A stretch of 64,000 nt of DNA from Bacteroidetes bacterium GWB2_32_14 (GCA_001768235.1 MENK01000001.1:306057-370056); one strand, 5' to 3'. Positions 8,845 through 20,111 are shown, counted from the stretch's first letter. The notes: generated by a model not told the origin, from the letters alone. Translations and numbers: made by a program.

Positions 8845-11800
8845 ATGAAAACAATAGATAAAAAGAATGTTAAGACCATTCTTCCCTTAACATATCTGCA
8901 AAATTCAATTTTTGTTAATTCTATTGGTAAAAAAAATAAAGGGCTTTATATCGAACAAACGAAGTTAAAGCTCTCCGGGGTGATTAATGAAGATATATTT
9001 AAAAATACCTGGCAAATCATATTTGATAAATATGATGCTCTCCGTACAATATTTCGTTGGGAAAAACTAAAAAATCCAATTCAGATAATCTTGAAAAAAT
9101 GTATTCCTGAAATTATTATTTTGGATTATTGTAACTATAGTGATATAAACGAGCAGATTGAAAAACTTAGAAAAAACATTTTAATTAATGGTCTGGATAT
9201 CGAAAGACAATCTCTTAAAATATATCTAATAAAGGAAAATAGTCACAGCTATACATTATTGGTTATAAATCATCATATATTAACAGATGGTTGGAGCCTT
9301 GGCATTATTCTGAATGAGTTTAACAACATATATGAATCACTAACAAATAACATCAGTTTTTCAATATCGCAAAGCAATGATTATTGTGAGCAAATAAAAA
9401 AAATAATTGACGTAAATAATTTAATTCATTCTGATTACTGGATTAATTATCTTTCTGAGATTTCGAATACCCGGGCAGGGAGTAAAACTCTACGGTCAAA
9501 TAATAAAGAAATAGTTTCTATTGATTTTGAAATAGACTCCAGGTTAGAAAAAGAGATTGAAGTTTATGTTAAAAAGCATAAGCTAACAAACCATACGCTA
9601 TTTTCTTCTGTGTGGGGAACACTTTTGCAAACAATCAATGATGTTGATGATGTTATATTCTATAATACAGTTTCAATTAGAGATCGATCAATTGGGAAAG
9701 CTGATAATTCAGTCGGGTTGTTTATAAACACTGTTCCACAAAGATTAAAATTTAAGAAAGATATAACATTTAATGATTTATTAAATTACGCTAAACATGA
9801 CCTCATTAACAGGAGTGATAAAACAAATGTTGATTTAGGAAAACTATTTGTAGATGCGAAAATTAATATTCCTCAGTTTGATATTAACTCGTTGTTTGTA
9901 TTTGAAAATTATCCAGTTGAAACCGTTTTAAAAAAATCACAAAAAGACAATATAAAAAGGAATGAATTTATTGCAGGAAATTCAATAAATGCATTATCAG
10001 ATAATCAAATAAAACCATATGGTATTCCTGGACTTGAAATTGTAGATTATCAGTATTATAGCCAACCGGATTACGATTTGACATTAATTATAACTGATTT
10101 TGATTTTTACAAGCATAAATTATTCTATGATAAAAAATTATTTGGTGAAGATGCAATAAATCAGATTGTTGAAAAATATCTTTATTTTCTTAAAGTAGCT
10201 ATTGAAAACCCGTATGACTGCATTTCAGAATATTTCGATATTAATATTCGTAATTTGATAAAGAAAGAAATTACGGGGCAAGATAAAATTCTTCTTGATA
10301 AAAAAACAAAATATACAGAAGACCATATTACAAACACGCTGGTAGAATTATGGTCTGAAATATTTGATATTGACATTGATAAAGTAAGTGATGAGATTAA
10401 TTATTTTGAATATTATAATTTTTCTTTGAAAACAGTTCACTTGGTAAATAGGATTAGACAACTATTAAATATTGATATCTCGATTACTGAAGTACTTGAA
10501 TGTACAACAATAAGTAAGCTTGCACCATTAATCAGGCAAAAAAGGGTAACAGAAAATAGGGCTTTGTTAACATTTTCAGAGAGAAAGGAGCATTATTGCC
10601 TTTCACAAGAACAACTGCGGTTATATTACATGCATATAGTGCACGAAAATTCGACACAATTTAATGCCCCAAAACTTTTTGCAATTAATAAAAAGCTTAG
10701 TACCGATGATATTCGATATTTAAATATTATTGTTAATAAAATTATACACAGGCACCAGGGCTTACGAACTATATTCAAAGAAATAAACGGTGAAGTGCGG
10801 CAAGTGGTACTACCAGCTTCGAGTTGCAGTACCGAGATAAATATTGAATATTTAGGTTATTTGACTAAACTCGATTTATATCATACAATATCTGAAGATA
10901 AATCTCTTAAAGGGAATGCTGATAAACTTAATTCACTATTTAACACTTATACCAAATCATTTGAATTATCAAAATTTCCATTATTCCGGATATGGATTTT
11001 ACAATTACATGATGAATCTAATTTCATTTTAATTGATATTCATCATATTATTTCAGATGGAGTATCAATGTATATTCTGATTGATGAAATAAAAAAAATA
11101 TTTAATTCATTAGTTATTAAGCCTGTAAATTATTATTATACAGACTATGCTGATTGGCAACGTTATAAGTTCTTGCCAAATCATGTATCAAATGAAATTA
11201 ATTATTGGAAGAATATGTTTGCCAAAATATATTCACCCCTTAATTTACCTTTTGATTTCGAAGTTAGTTCTTCAGAAATATTAAAAGGCAATAAGCTGTA
11301 TTGGTCCATTGAAAAGGAAAAATATAATAGATTGTTGAAAATATTAGAAAATAATCGATTAACCTTATATGCGTTTTTTCTATCAGCTTATTATTTGTTG
11401 TTTTTCAAATGGCTTCGAAGACAAGATATTGTAATTGGAATAGTAGCATCGAAACGTAATGATAAACAGCTCGAAAATTTAGTGGGATTATTGATAGATT
11501 CTTACCCAATTAGAATAGATTTAGGAGTTGGAGCAAATGTTTCTGATTTGATATCAATTGTTAAAGAAAGATTGTCTGAGATATATAGAAACAAGGGAAT
11601 CCCATATCACGAGATTCTTAAAATAGTTGCTGCCAATGATCATAAACTTAAAAATTCATTAATTAATGTTATGCTTAATATACATGACTATGTTGATAAT
11701 GAATTTTATGTGAATAATATAGAAATATCTGAAATTGATTTTTATCATGAGTTACCCAAAACAGATATCTCTGTGGATATTATGAAGTACAAGGAGACAT

Positions 11801-14800
11801 TAAAATATGGGATAGAGTATAATTGCCAATTATTTAAAGAAGAAACCATACTAAATCTGGGTAATGAGTTTGCAAATATTATTGATAGATTAATTAACAT
11901 TTTTGAGGCTGAAAAATACGATCTGGATTTAAGCTTTATATTCGATAAAGAATCACAACATATCCTTTCAAAAAATAAACCTTCTATCGAGTTTAATGAT
12001 ACTGACTTTCAATTTCTGGAAGAATTTGAAATGCATGTGAAACAAAACCCCGGGAAAGTAGCTTTAATCTTTGAAAATAAAACTGATAATTATAAAACAG
12101 AGAAATTTACATATCAACAAGTTGATGATTATAGTAACCGGATTGCTAATTATTTAATAGATAATGGTATTTCAAATAATATTATAATTGGTTTATTTAT
12201 AGAAAATGGAATCAATCGTATTATTTCAATTCTGGGAGTATTAAAATCAAAAGCAGCATTTCTTCCATTGGATATAAACATACCTAAAGAACGTGTAAAT
12301 TATATTTTAAAAGATAGCGGAATATCATACATTATTACAGATAAAGAACTCGGCGAAATAACAGGGAAGATAGAGTTGCTCGATTATATCAAACTCACTG
12401 AATACCCCGGAAATAGATCTTTGACATTACAACGCGATGCAAATGATTTAGCTTATATTATCTATACATCAGGATCTACAGGACAACCTAAGGGGGTGAT
12501 GGTAGAAAACAAAAATATGAATAACTATATTGAAGCATTTCTTGATGAATTTATGATTACTTCAGAAGATATTTTTTTACAACAAGCTAGTTATTCTTTT
12601 GATACTTATATTGAAGAAGTTTTTCCCATACTTTCCATTGGAGGAGAATTAGCGGTAATACCAGAAAACGATAAAAGAGATATTTCATATGTAGCATCAT
12701 TTATTCAACGGAATAAAATCACTATAGTCGATTGTAGTCCATTAATGTTAGGGCAATTAAATAATATACCTGACATTAATCTATTAAATACCGTACGAAT
12801 TTATATTAGTGGTGGGGATGTTTTAAAAAGTACTCAAATAAACCGCTTGTTTTATAAAGGGGAGGTTTATAATTCATACGGGCCAACAGAAACAACGGTG
12901 TGTGTTACATATTATAAATGCGAAACAATTGATATCGAAAATCAACCTATTGGTAAGTCTATTAAGAATTATTCCATTATTTTAAGCACAGCATCAAATT
13001 CTAATAATGTTTCTCGTATAGGCGAAATTATGGTTGTTGGTAATGGTGTAACACGAGGATACCTGAACAATCCGGAATTAACACATGAGAAATATATATC
13101 ACTGGACGAAATACAAAAAATCAGAAAGTATAAAACCGGTGATATTGGTAAACTTAGAGATGATGGAAATATTGAGTTTGTGGGACGAATTGATGAGCAG
13201 GTTAAAATAAGAGGTTACAGAGTTGATTTAATTGAAATTGAGCAAAAACTTAAATCATTCAACAAGATTAATGACGCAATAGTTACATACCACGAAGATC
13301 ATGACTCCAGGCGAATACTTAGTGCTTATATAGTGAAAAAGACGGGAGAAACAATTGTAGTTCCAGAAATTAGATCATTTTTACAAGAAAGCCTGGCCGA
13401 GTATATGGTGCCTCATTTATATTATGAAGTTGATGAAATTCCCTTTACCAGTGGTGATAAACCTGATCGGCAAACTGTAAAAAAACATGGACGGGCCATT
13501 ACAAATATTCTTGAATCTGATTTACATGAATTGTCAGCCACAGAAAAAACTCTTTTTGAAATATGGCAAACATTATTAAAACATGACAATTTTAACAATA
13601 GAAGCAACTTTTTTGAAATAGGAGGGGACTCAATTTTAATAACAAAAGCAATTACACGCATCAGGAATGAATTTTCTATTGAAATATCATATAAAGATTT
13701 TTATAAAAACCCAACCATCCAGGAAATTGCAGAAATAATAAATAATTCGGTAACTATAATTGATGAAAAGAAACTTGAAAAATCAGAATATCATGATGAG
13801 GCTCCATTATCATTTTCTCAGGAACGAATTTGGTTTTTACAACAACTTTACGAAAATAATAAATCATACAATGTAACCAGGGCACTTACTTTTAAGGGAG
13901 ACTTGAATATTTATATATTCCAAAAGGCAATTGAGCTAATAATTGAAAAGCATGAGATTTATAGAACTGTTTTTAGAAAAAACATCAACACAGCATATCA
14001 GAAGATACTACCTGTAGTAGATTGTAAAGTTAAAATGCTGTCAATTGATGAGATTGAAAATAAAAATGAAGGAATTAATTTAGAACAATGGATATTAAAA
14101 ACGGGAAGAGAGATTTTTGATATTGAAAATGGCCCTTTAATTCGATTTTATCTGGTACAAATAAAAAATAATGAATATTTTTTTCTTGTAGTCGAACATC
14201 ATTTAATACATGACGGATGGACACAAGGACTTTTGTTAGAAGAGTTTGTTGATATTTATAAAAAACTTCAAGATGATTCGTCATATCGCCCCGAAGCTTC
14301 TAAGCTTCAATATGCAGATTTTGCCATCTGGCAAAAACAGTATTTTTCACGAGAAGTACTGCAAAAGCAAATGGCATTCTGGAAAAAGAAATTCGATGTC
14401 GAAGTACCTGATCTTAAACTTCCATTCGATAATCAAAGCTCAAGTTTCTTTGATGGAAAAGGTGAATTGCTTGTTATTGAAGTACCGAATAATCTTGAAG
14501 AAAGACTAAAACAATTTGCTATATCAAATAATACAACCCTTTTTGTTGTGATGCTGGCAGCATTTAAGATCGAGTTGTATCGCTATTCACAAATAAGCCA
14601 AATATGTGTTGGTACAGGAGTAGCCAACCGTATTGACGAAAAACTGGAAAGTGTTTTGGGAATGGTGATTAATACAATTCCTATTTTAACACACATAAAG
14701 GATGGAAACATATTGGTAAAAGAGTTTATTGCTTTGGTGAAAGAATCTTATTTGGATTCATTCCAGTATGCAAATACTCCTTTTGAAAAAATTGTCGAAG

Positions 14801-17800
14801 CAGTTAAACCTGAACGAGATTTAAGAAAAATGCCACTTTTTCAGGTGTTGTTTAGTTTTATGGATACTCCTACTAAACGCTTTGAATTGCCGAATATTGA
14901 GATTACCATTGAGAATTCTCATAATCAAACTGCAAAATTTGATATTAATATTGTGATTGTGCCTACACACAGCGATAATAACAAGGTAAACGATTCAATG
15001 CTTATTGAATGGGAATATAATACAGACTTATTTGAGAAATCAACTATGCATGAAATGATGAATAATTATTTTCAACTATTAAATATAATGGTTGAATCAT
15101 CACAGTTGACTATCTCAGATTTACCAGTGCATAGCGAATCAGCCCTTAAAAGGTTACTTTATAATAAGAATGAAAAATTTGAGCCAACAGATAATGGAAT
15201 TATTAGTTTATTTTCAAATCAGGTAAAAAATAATAAATATAAAATAGCTTTAGTTTCTAATGATTTACAATTCTCTTACGAATATTTAGATACTATAACT
15301 AGCCAGTATGCCAAAAAATTAATAAAATTTGGAATACAAAAAGGTAGTATAGTAGCATATTTACTTGATAAAGATTCAGATTGGATTATATCAACTCTTG
15401 CTATTTTAAAAGCAGGTGCATTGTATTTACCAATTGAGAATTCTTTGAGTAAGAAGCAAATTCAATATATTTTACGTGATAGTGAAGCACAATTAGTTAT
15501 TACAAAAAAACAGTATTCTGACTTAATAGATAATTTTAAAAATATTTTATTTAATGATCTTTTAAATCAAGAAGTAGTAAGTAACTTCGATGTTGAATCA
15601 ATTGAAAGTCGTGATTTAGCTTATATCATGTACACTTCAGGAACCACGGGAAATCCTAAAGGAGTTATGGTTGAGCATGGTTCAATTGTTAGGTTAATTA
15701 ATAACCCCAATTATGTTAGTTTAGACAATTACACACGTTTGCTTCAGACAGGAGCTCAAGCTTTTGATGCATCTGTATTTGAAATATGGGGAACGTTACT
15801 TAACGGAGGCACATTGTTTTTAGTGAATAATAATGAGATACTGGATTCTGAATTATTAAAAAAATCAATTGAAACTTTCGATATAAATATCATGTGGTTA
15901 ACTGCCCCGTTGTTTCATCAACACTGTGATGTTAATATTAACTTGTTTAAACCATTAAAACAGTTATTGGTCGGGGGAGACGTTCTTCAAACAAATAAAG
16001 TAAATCTATTCCTTAATAAAAACCCTGATGTAAAATTAATAAACGGGTATGGCCCAACAGAAAATACTGTATTTACAACTTGTTATAAAATAAACGAAGA
16101 ATCAAAACATTCAGTATCAATCGGATATCCGATAAATTTTACGGGAGTGTATGTAGTTGATAAGAATTTACAATTACTCCCGAGAGGTGCCGAAGGAGAA
16201 TTGATAACAACTGGAGTTGGATTATCAAGAGGATACCTGAATAGACCGGAACTTACAAACGAAAAATTTGTAAAAATACCCTTCAGGAATCATGAACTTG
16301 CTTATAAAACAGGAGATATTGTTAGATGGAGATCAAATGATACTTTGGAATTTATTGGTAGAGAAGATAACCAGGTAAAGATTAGGGGGAATCGTGTTGA
16401 GATTGGAAGTATAGAAGCACATATAAATAATCATTGCAATGTGATTTCTGTTGTAGTTAATGTTGTTGAACAGAATGGAAACAAGGCGTTAGTAGCCTAT
16501 ATCTTGACCAACAAAAAGCTATTTCCCGAAAATATAAAAGATTATCTTCGGGAATATCTGCCAAAATATATGATCCCGGATTATATTATTTTCGTTAAGC
16601 ATATGCCTCTTAATAAAAATGGCAAAATAGATAAAGATATACTTTATAAGGAGTATCAATTGCCAAAATATGAACATATTGAGGCAGATGATTTAGATAT
16701 ACAAGAAAAAGAAATAGCTAGAATATGGAGTGAGATATTATCTGTTGATATAAATGCAATACATAAAAATTCAAACTTTTTCGATCTGGGAGGACATTCA
16801 CTAAATGCAGTAATTTTAATTTCAAAACTTAGAGATAGTTTCGAATTTGATTTAAGTGTTGTGGATATATTTAAGTATCCTGATTTACAAAACTTTTCTA
16901 ATTGTATTACAAAGAAAACATCAGTTTCCCGGGCAAGAAAATTAGAAAAAGCTGCTGAACAGGAATACTATGAGTTATCTTCACCTCAGAAGCGATTATA
17001 CTGGCTCTTGCAATTGTATAATGATTCTGTGGTTTATAATATAAGTAAGGTTGTTGAAATTCAGAATGTAGTTGATGTTGAGCACCTTAATCATGCTTTT
17101 TCCACGTTAATCATGCAGCATGAAAGTTTAAGAACATCTTTTCATCAAGTTAATGGAGATGTAAAACAAAAGATTCATACTGAATTTAACTTCGAAATAG
17201 TGATAAAAAATATCAATGAATCACAGGTTTATGAAGAGATAGATAAGTCAATTAAACCGTTCGATTTATCAATGCATCCCCTTATTAGAGTAAATTTGTT
17301 AAGGGTGAGTGAAGATAAAAATATCTTGGTAATTGACTTACCACATATCATTGCAGATGGGGTATCAATTAATAAACTGTTAGAACAATTCACGACAATA
17401 TATAAATACGGAGAAATAGTACCTGCTAAATATCAGTATAGAGACTATATTGTTTGGTACGAAAAGTGGAAAGCTTCAAATAATTATATTGAACATAAGG
17501 AATTTTGGAAAAACATCTTTTCCTCTCCTGTACTAAAGTTAAATCTTCCAACCGATTTTTTGACAAAGAATTTAAGTAATTGTAAAGGCAAGAATATCTA
17601 CTTTACAATTAATCAAGATACGATGTTACTTATACAAAATAAACTGTTAGCTGGCGACCAAACCATGTTTATGTTTCTTTTGTTTAATTTCTTTGTACTG
17701 ATAAGCAAATACAGTGAAAGCGATGATCTTACAATAGGCTGCCCGGTTTCAGGACGAACCAAACATGAGTTCTTCGATATTATGGGACTTTTTGCAAACA

Positions 17801-18294
17801 TGCTTCCAATACGGTTTCGATTAGATAATCATATTGAGTTCGAATTATTGTTTAAGAATTTTTCGCAAAGTGTGGTAAAATATTATAATTATCAAGATTA
17901 TCAGTTCGATGATATTGTTAATAATTATGGATTTAATACGGAGAAATCGAACAACCCTTTATTTGATATTGTATTTGCATACATCAATAATAAGGGACAG
18001 GAGAACCTGCTTAAACAGATGAATATGCACCCAATTAAATTTGAAAAAGGGACTACACCATATCATCTTCTTATGAATGTGTTTGAGTTCGATAATAAAA
18101 TAGAACTGGTTCTTGAGTATGCTACTGATTTGTTTATGGAAGATACTATAGAGGAGATGTACTCAAATTATTTATTTATTATTAATCAGGTTATTAAAAA
18201 CCCTCAAATTAAACTTAAAGACATACAGCTAAAGTTTATTGGACAACAGGCAAATACTGTATTAGATAACGATTCACAAGATTATCTTCTTTAA
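8845..18294 (+). CDS. NRPS, C-T*-C-A-T-C-A-T-C (3149 aa)
   Basis: C1 HHILTDGWS (9271..). T* YFEYYNFSLK (Ser codon 10423..10425). C2 HHIISDGVS (11041..). A1 YTSGSTGQPKG/SYGPTE/YKTGD/GRIDEQVKIRGYRV. T FFEIGGDSI (13609..). C3 HHLIHDGWT (14197..). A2 YTSGTTGNPKG/NGYGPTE/YKTGD/GREDNQVKIRGNRVE. T FFDLGGHSL (16779..). Terminal C4 PHIIADGVS (17341..17361). The N-terminus (ILPLTYLQNSIF..DKYDALRTIFRWEKLKNPIQII) resembles the GrsB-type C domain that accepts a D-configured donor. Confidence 0.95.
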   Translation: MKTIDKKNVKTILPLTYLQNSIFVNSIGKKNKGLYIEQTKLKLSGVINEDIFKNTWQIIFDKYDALRTIFRWEKLKNPIQIILKKCIPEIIILDYCNYSDINEQIEKLRKNILINGLDIERQSLKIYLIKENSHSYTLLVINHHILTDGWSLGIILNEFNNIYESLTNNISFSISQSNDYCEQIKKIIDVNNLIHSDYWINYLSEISNTRAGSKTLRSNNKEIVSIDFEIDSRLEKEIEVYVKKHKLTNHTLFSSVWGTLLQTINDVDDVIFYNTVSIRDRSIGKADNSVGLFINTVPQRLKFKKDITFNDLLNYAKHDLINRSDKTNVDLGKLFVDAKINIPQFDINSLFVFENYPVETVLKKSQKDNIKRNEFIAGNSINALSDNQIKPYGIPGLEIVDYQYYSQPDYDLTLIITDFDFYKHKLFYDKKLFGEDAINQIVEKYLYFLKVAIENPYDCISEYFDINIRNLIKKEITGQDKILLDKKTKYTEDHITNTLVELWSEIFDIDIDKVSDEINYFEYYNFSLKTVHLVNRIRQLLNIDISITEVLECTTISKLAPLIRQKRVTENRALLTFSERKEHYCLSQEQLRLYYMHIVHENSTQFNAPKLFAINKKLSTDDIRYLNIIVNKIIHRHQGLRTIFKEINGEVRQVVLPASSCSTEINIEYLGYLTKLDLYHTISEDKSLKGNADKLNSLFNTYTKSFELSKFPLFRIWILQLHDESNFILIDIHHIISDGVSMYILIDEIKKIFNSLVIKPVNYYYTDYADWQRYKFLPNHVSNEINYWKNMFAKIYSPLNLPFDFEVSSSEILKGNKLYWSIEKEKYNRLLKILENNRLTLYAFFLSAYYLLFFKWLRRQDIVIGIVASKRNDKQLENLVGLLIDSYPIRIDLGVGANVSDLISIVKERLSEIYRNKGIPYHEILKIVAANDHKLKNSLINVMLNIHDYVDNEFYVNNIEISEIDFYHELPKTDISVDIMKYKETLKYGIEYNCQLFKEETILNLGNEFANIIDRLINIFEAEKYDLDLSFIFDKESQHILSKNKPSIEFNDTDFQFLEEFEMHVKQNPGKVALIFENKTDNYKTEKFTYQQVDDYSNRIANYLIDNGISNNIIIGLFIENGINRIISILGVLKSKAAFLPLDINIPKERVNYILKDSGISYIITDKELGEITGKIELLDYIKLTEYPGNRSLTLQRDANDLAYIIYTSGSTGQPKGVMVENKNMNNYIEAFLDEFMITSEDIFLQQASYSFDTYIEEVFPILSIGGELAVIPENDKRDISYVASFIQRNKITIVDCSPLMLGQLNNIPDINLLNTVRIYISGGDVLKSTQINRLFYKGEVYNSYGPTETTVCVTYYKCETIDIENQPIGKSIKNYSIILSTASNSNNVSRIGEIMVVGNGVTRGYLNNPELTHEKYISLDEIQKIRKYKTGDIGKLRDDGNIEFVGRIDEQVKIRGYRVDLIEIEQKLKSFNKINDAIVTYHEDHDSRRILSAYIVKKTGETIVVPEIRSFLQESLAEYMVPHLYYEVDEIPFTSGDKPDRQTVKKHGRAITNILESDLHELSATEKTLFEIWQTLLKHDNFNNRSNFFEIGGDSILITKAITRIRNEFSIEISYKDFYKNPTIQEIAEIINNSVTIIDEKKLEKSEYHDEAPLSFSQERIWFLQQLYENNKSYNVTRALTFKGDLNIYIFQKAIELIIEKHEIYRTVFRKNINTAYQKILPVVDCKVKMLSIDEIENKNEGINLEQWILKTGREIFDIENGPLIRFYLVQIKNNEYFFLVVEHHLIHDGWTQGLLLEEFVDIYKKLQDDSSYRPEASKLQYADFAIWQKQYFSREVLQKQMAFWKKKFDVEVPDLKLPFDNQSSSFFDGKGELLVIEVPNNLEERLKQFAISNNTTLFVVMLAAFKIELYRYSQISQICVGTGVANRIDEKLESVLGMVINTIPILTHIKDGNILVKEFIALVKESYLDSFQYANTPFEKIVEAVKPERDLRKMPLFQVLFSFMDTPTKRFELPNIEITIENSHNQTAKFDINIVIVPTHSDNNKVNDSMLIEWEYNTDLFEKSTMHEMMNNYFQLLNIMVESSQLTISDLPVHSESALKRLLYNKNEKFEPTDNGIISLFSNQVKNNKYKIALVSNDLQFSYEYLDTITSQYAKKLIKFGIQKGSIVAYLLDKDSDWIISTLAILKAGALYLPIENSLSKKQIQYILRDSEAQLVITKKQYSDLIDNFKNILFNDLLNQEVVSNFDVESIESRDLAYIMYTSGTTGNPKGVMVEHGSIVRLINNPNYVSLDNYTRLLQTGAQAFDASVFEIWGTLLNGGTLFLVNNNEILDSELLKKSIETFDINIMWLTAPLFHQHCDVNINLFKPLKQLLVGGDVLQTNKVNLFLNKNPDVKLINGYGPTENTVFTTCYKINEESKHSVSIGYPINFTGVYVVDKNLQLLPRGAEGELITTGVGLSRGYLNRPELTNEKFVKIPFRNHELAYKTGDIVRWRSNDTLEFIGREDNQVKIRGNRVEIGSIEAHINNHCNVISVVVNVVEQNGNKALVAYILTNKKLFPENIKDYLREYLPKYMIPDYIIFVKHMPLNKNGKIDKDILYKEYQLPKYEHIEADDLDIQEKEIARIWSEILSVDINAIHKNSNFFDLGGHSLNAVILISKLRDSFEFDLSVVDIFKYPDLQNFSNCITKKTSVSRARKLEKAAEQEYYELSSPQKRLYWLLQLYNDSVVYNISKVVEIQNVVDVEHLNHAFSTLIMQHESLRTSFHQVNGDVKQKIHTEFNFEIVIKNINESQVYEEIDKSIKPFDLSMHPLIRVNLLRVSEDKNILVIDLPHIIADGVSINKLLEQFTTIYKYGEIVPAKYQYRDYIVWYEKWKASNNYIEHKEFWKNIFSSPVLKLNLPTDFLTKNLSNCKGKNIYFTINQDTMLLIQNKLLAGDQTMFMFLLFNFFVLISKYSESDDLTIGCPVSGRTKHEFFDIMGLFANMLPIRFRLDNHIEFELLFKNFSQSVVKYYNYQDYQFDDIVNNYGFNTEKSNNPLFDIVFAYINNKGQENLLKQMNMHPIKFEKGTTPYHLLMNVFEFDNKIELVLEYATDLFMEDTIEEMYSNYLFIINQVIKNPQIKLKDIQLKFIGQQANTVLDNDSQDYLL
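10315..10545 (+). other. Degenerate carrier (T*) domain between two C domains, with no cognate A domain
   Basis: TLVELWSEIFDIDIDKVSDEINYFEYYNFSLKTVHLVNRIRQLL has the T-domain helix pattern. However, the GG(D/H)S core reads YNFS: the Ser is kept, GG is lost, and Phe replaces the usual Asp/His. Confidence 0.5.
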
Positions 18295-18399
18295 ATCATC
18301 TTATCGATTTAAAAATCTCCGATATTAAATAGAGATTAATCGTGATTAGTCAAAAGAAAAAGGCATATTCCTATTAGTATATAAGTACACTTTTAAAAC

Positions 18400-20100
18400 A
18401 TGATGTATAAAAATAATGATTTTAAGGTAAATGGCGTGATTTATTTGGTTCAGTTACCATTCTGGACTCCCCTAATTCCGCCACAAGGTATTGCAAAGAT
18501 AAAATCATATCTTCAATCAAATGGTTACCGCGTAAAAACTTCAGATTTGAATGTTGATTATGAAGTGAAATCAACCTATGAATCACTTTTAAAAATAATA
18601 CGAGATATAGTTCCAAAAGAGAAGTGGGGAAATTTTTATGATAACATACATGAAATAATAAAATATTCTCTTTTGTTGGTGTTAAATGAGCCTGATTATG
18701 AAAAAGCACATCCGATTTTAAAAAAGATTTTTAACTATTATTATTTAGTAGAACTAACAAAAGAAGATTCAGCAAGGATTATAAGTCTTTTAACAGAATA
18801 TTTCACGTATCTTGAGAATTCAATTGTAAGCCAGATACTTAACGATGAAGAGATATCTGTATTGGGTTTATCATTACATAGTGGTAATTTGGGATCGGGG
18901 CTCTATGTTTTAAAACGAATTAAACAAGAAAAACCATATATCAAAACGGTAATTGGAGGGAGTATTTTTATGGGTGAATTAAGAAATAATACACCAGACT
19001 TTAATCGTTTTTATAATAAAGCTGATAAATTAATTGACTATTATATTATTGGTTCAGGGGAAAGCTCATTCTTACATTTACTTAAAAATAGGTTCTCTTC
19101 AACAGAACGTGTAATTATTTCGGATCCCGCAAAAGAAGCTGTATTAGGCTTTGGTATTAAACCAGATTTAGATGATTTTGATATCAAGAAATATCCATAC
19201 ATTGCCAGCTACGTGTCTCAAAGCTGTCCCAACAAATGTAGTTTTTGTAACGAACGTACTTTTATGGGAGAGTATATCGAACGAGACATTAATAGAGTGG
19301 TTGACGAGATAGAGCATAATTCAAAATTGTATCAAAAAAATATGATTTTTATGCTTGATGTATTGATGAATAATTATATCACCCAGTTTTCAAAAGGACT
19401 AATTCAAAGAGGCCTTAATATTTTCTTTGACGGGTATATTAGAGTATCTGATCAATTAAATAATTCAGATCAAACTCAATTATGGCGTGAAGCCGGATTT
19501 TATAGAGCAAGGCTTGGAATTGAAAGCGGATCACAAAAAATACTTGATTTAATAAATAAAAATATTACAGTTGAACAAATATATAATTCATTAAAAGGGT
19601 TGGCAGGAAAAGGGATAAAAACAACAACGTACTTGGTTATTGGGCATCCTGGTGAAACAGATAATGATTTTAAAGAAACTCTGGATTTGCTTACAAGATC
19701 TCAAGAATATATTTGGCAGGCTGAACCCCATTTATTCCGGTATTTTTATACAGGCCAAAGCGATTCGGAAACGTGGGCGAAGTCCAGAATTCCACTTTAT
19801 ACCGATGAAGAGCTTGATATTCTTTTTTTTCAAACTTACAATCTGGATTTATTACCAACTCGAACAACTAGCTTAGAAAGAATTTGGAGAATGATGGAAC
19901 ATATTGAAATGAAGGGAATTGTTAATCCTTTTTCTGTGTACGATAAATTTAAAGCCGACGAGAGATGGAGTGGTTTGCATGAAAATTCAGTGCCATCAGT
20001 TGTTGAAATGGACGAAATAAGCAAGGTTACATATGGTTCAAACAAAATGAAAGATACGGTATCTACAAGGCTGGAATTTGAAGATAATTTCTTATTTTAA
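18400..20100 (+). CDS. Cobalamin-binding-domain radical SAM enzyme (class B type), copy 1
   Basis: N-terminal B12-binding-domain pattern: LPFWTPLIPPQGIAKIKSYLQSNGYRVKTSDLN, VLGLSLHSG..IKTVIGGSIF, GSGESSFLHLL. Radical SAM CX3CX2C motif as CPNKCSFC (19225..19248). ARLGIESGS motif. Ends in ..EFEDNFLF. Confidence 0.85.
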   Translation: MMYKNNDFKVNGVIYLVQLPFWTPLIPPQGIAKIKSYLQSNGYRVKTSDLNVDYEVKSTYESLLKIIRDIVPKEKWGNFYDNIHEIIKYSLLLVLNEPDYEKAHPILKKIFNYYYLVELTKEDSARIISLLTEYFTYLENSIVSQILNDEEISVLGLSLHSGNLGSGLYVLKRIKQEKPYIKTVIGGSIFMGELRNNTPDFNRFYNKADKLIDYYIIGSGESSFLHLLKNRFSSTERVIISDPAKEAVLGFGIKPDLDDFDIKKYPYIASYVSQSCPNKCSFCNERTFMGEYIERDINRVVDEIEHNSKLYQKNMIFMLDVLMNNYITQFSKGLIQRGLNIFFDGYIRVSDQLNNSDQTQLWREAGFYRARLGIESGSQKILDLINKNITVEQIYNSLKGLAGKGIKTTTYLVIGHPGETDNDFKETLDLLTRSQEYIWQAEPHLFRYFYTGQSDSETWAKSRIPLYTDEELDILFFQTYNLDLLPTRTTSLERIWRMMEHIEMKGIVNPFSVYDKFKADERWSGLHENSVPSVVEMDEISKVTYGSNKMKDTVSTRLEFEDNFLF

Positions 20101-20111
20101 AGCATGAAACT

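Noticed and set aside
13800-14230. Whether the third C domain of NRPS 8845 is a dual E/C domain. It follows a GGDSI-type carrier and starts PLSFSQERIWFLQQL.
   Set aside because: I found no second N-terminal His motif (HH[IL]xxxxGD type). The C1-motif resemblance alone is not subtype-diagnostic by eye. This needs C-domain phylogeny.
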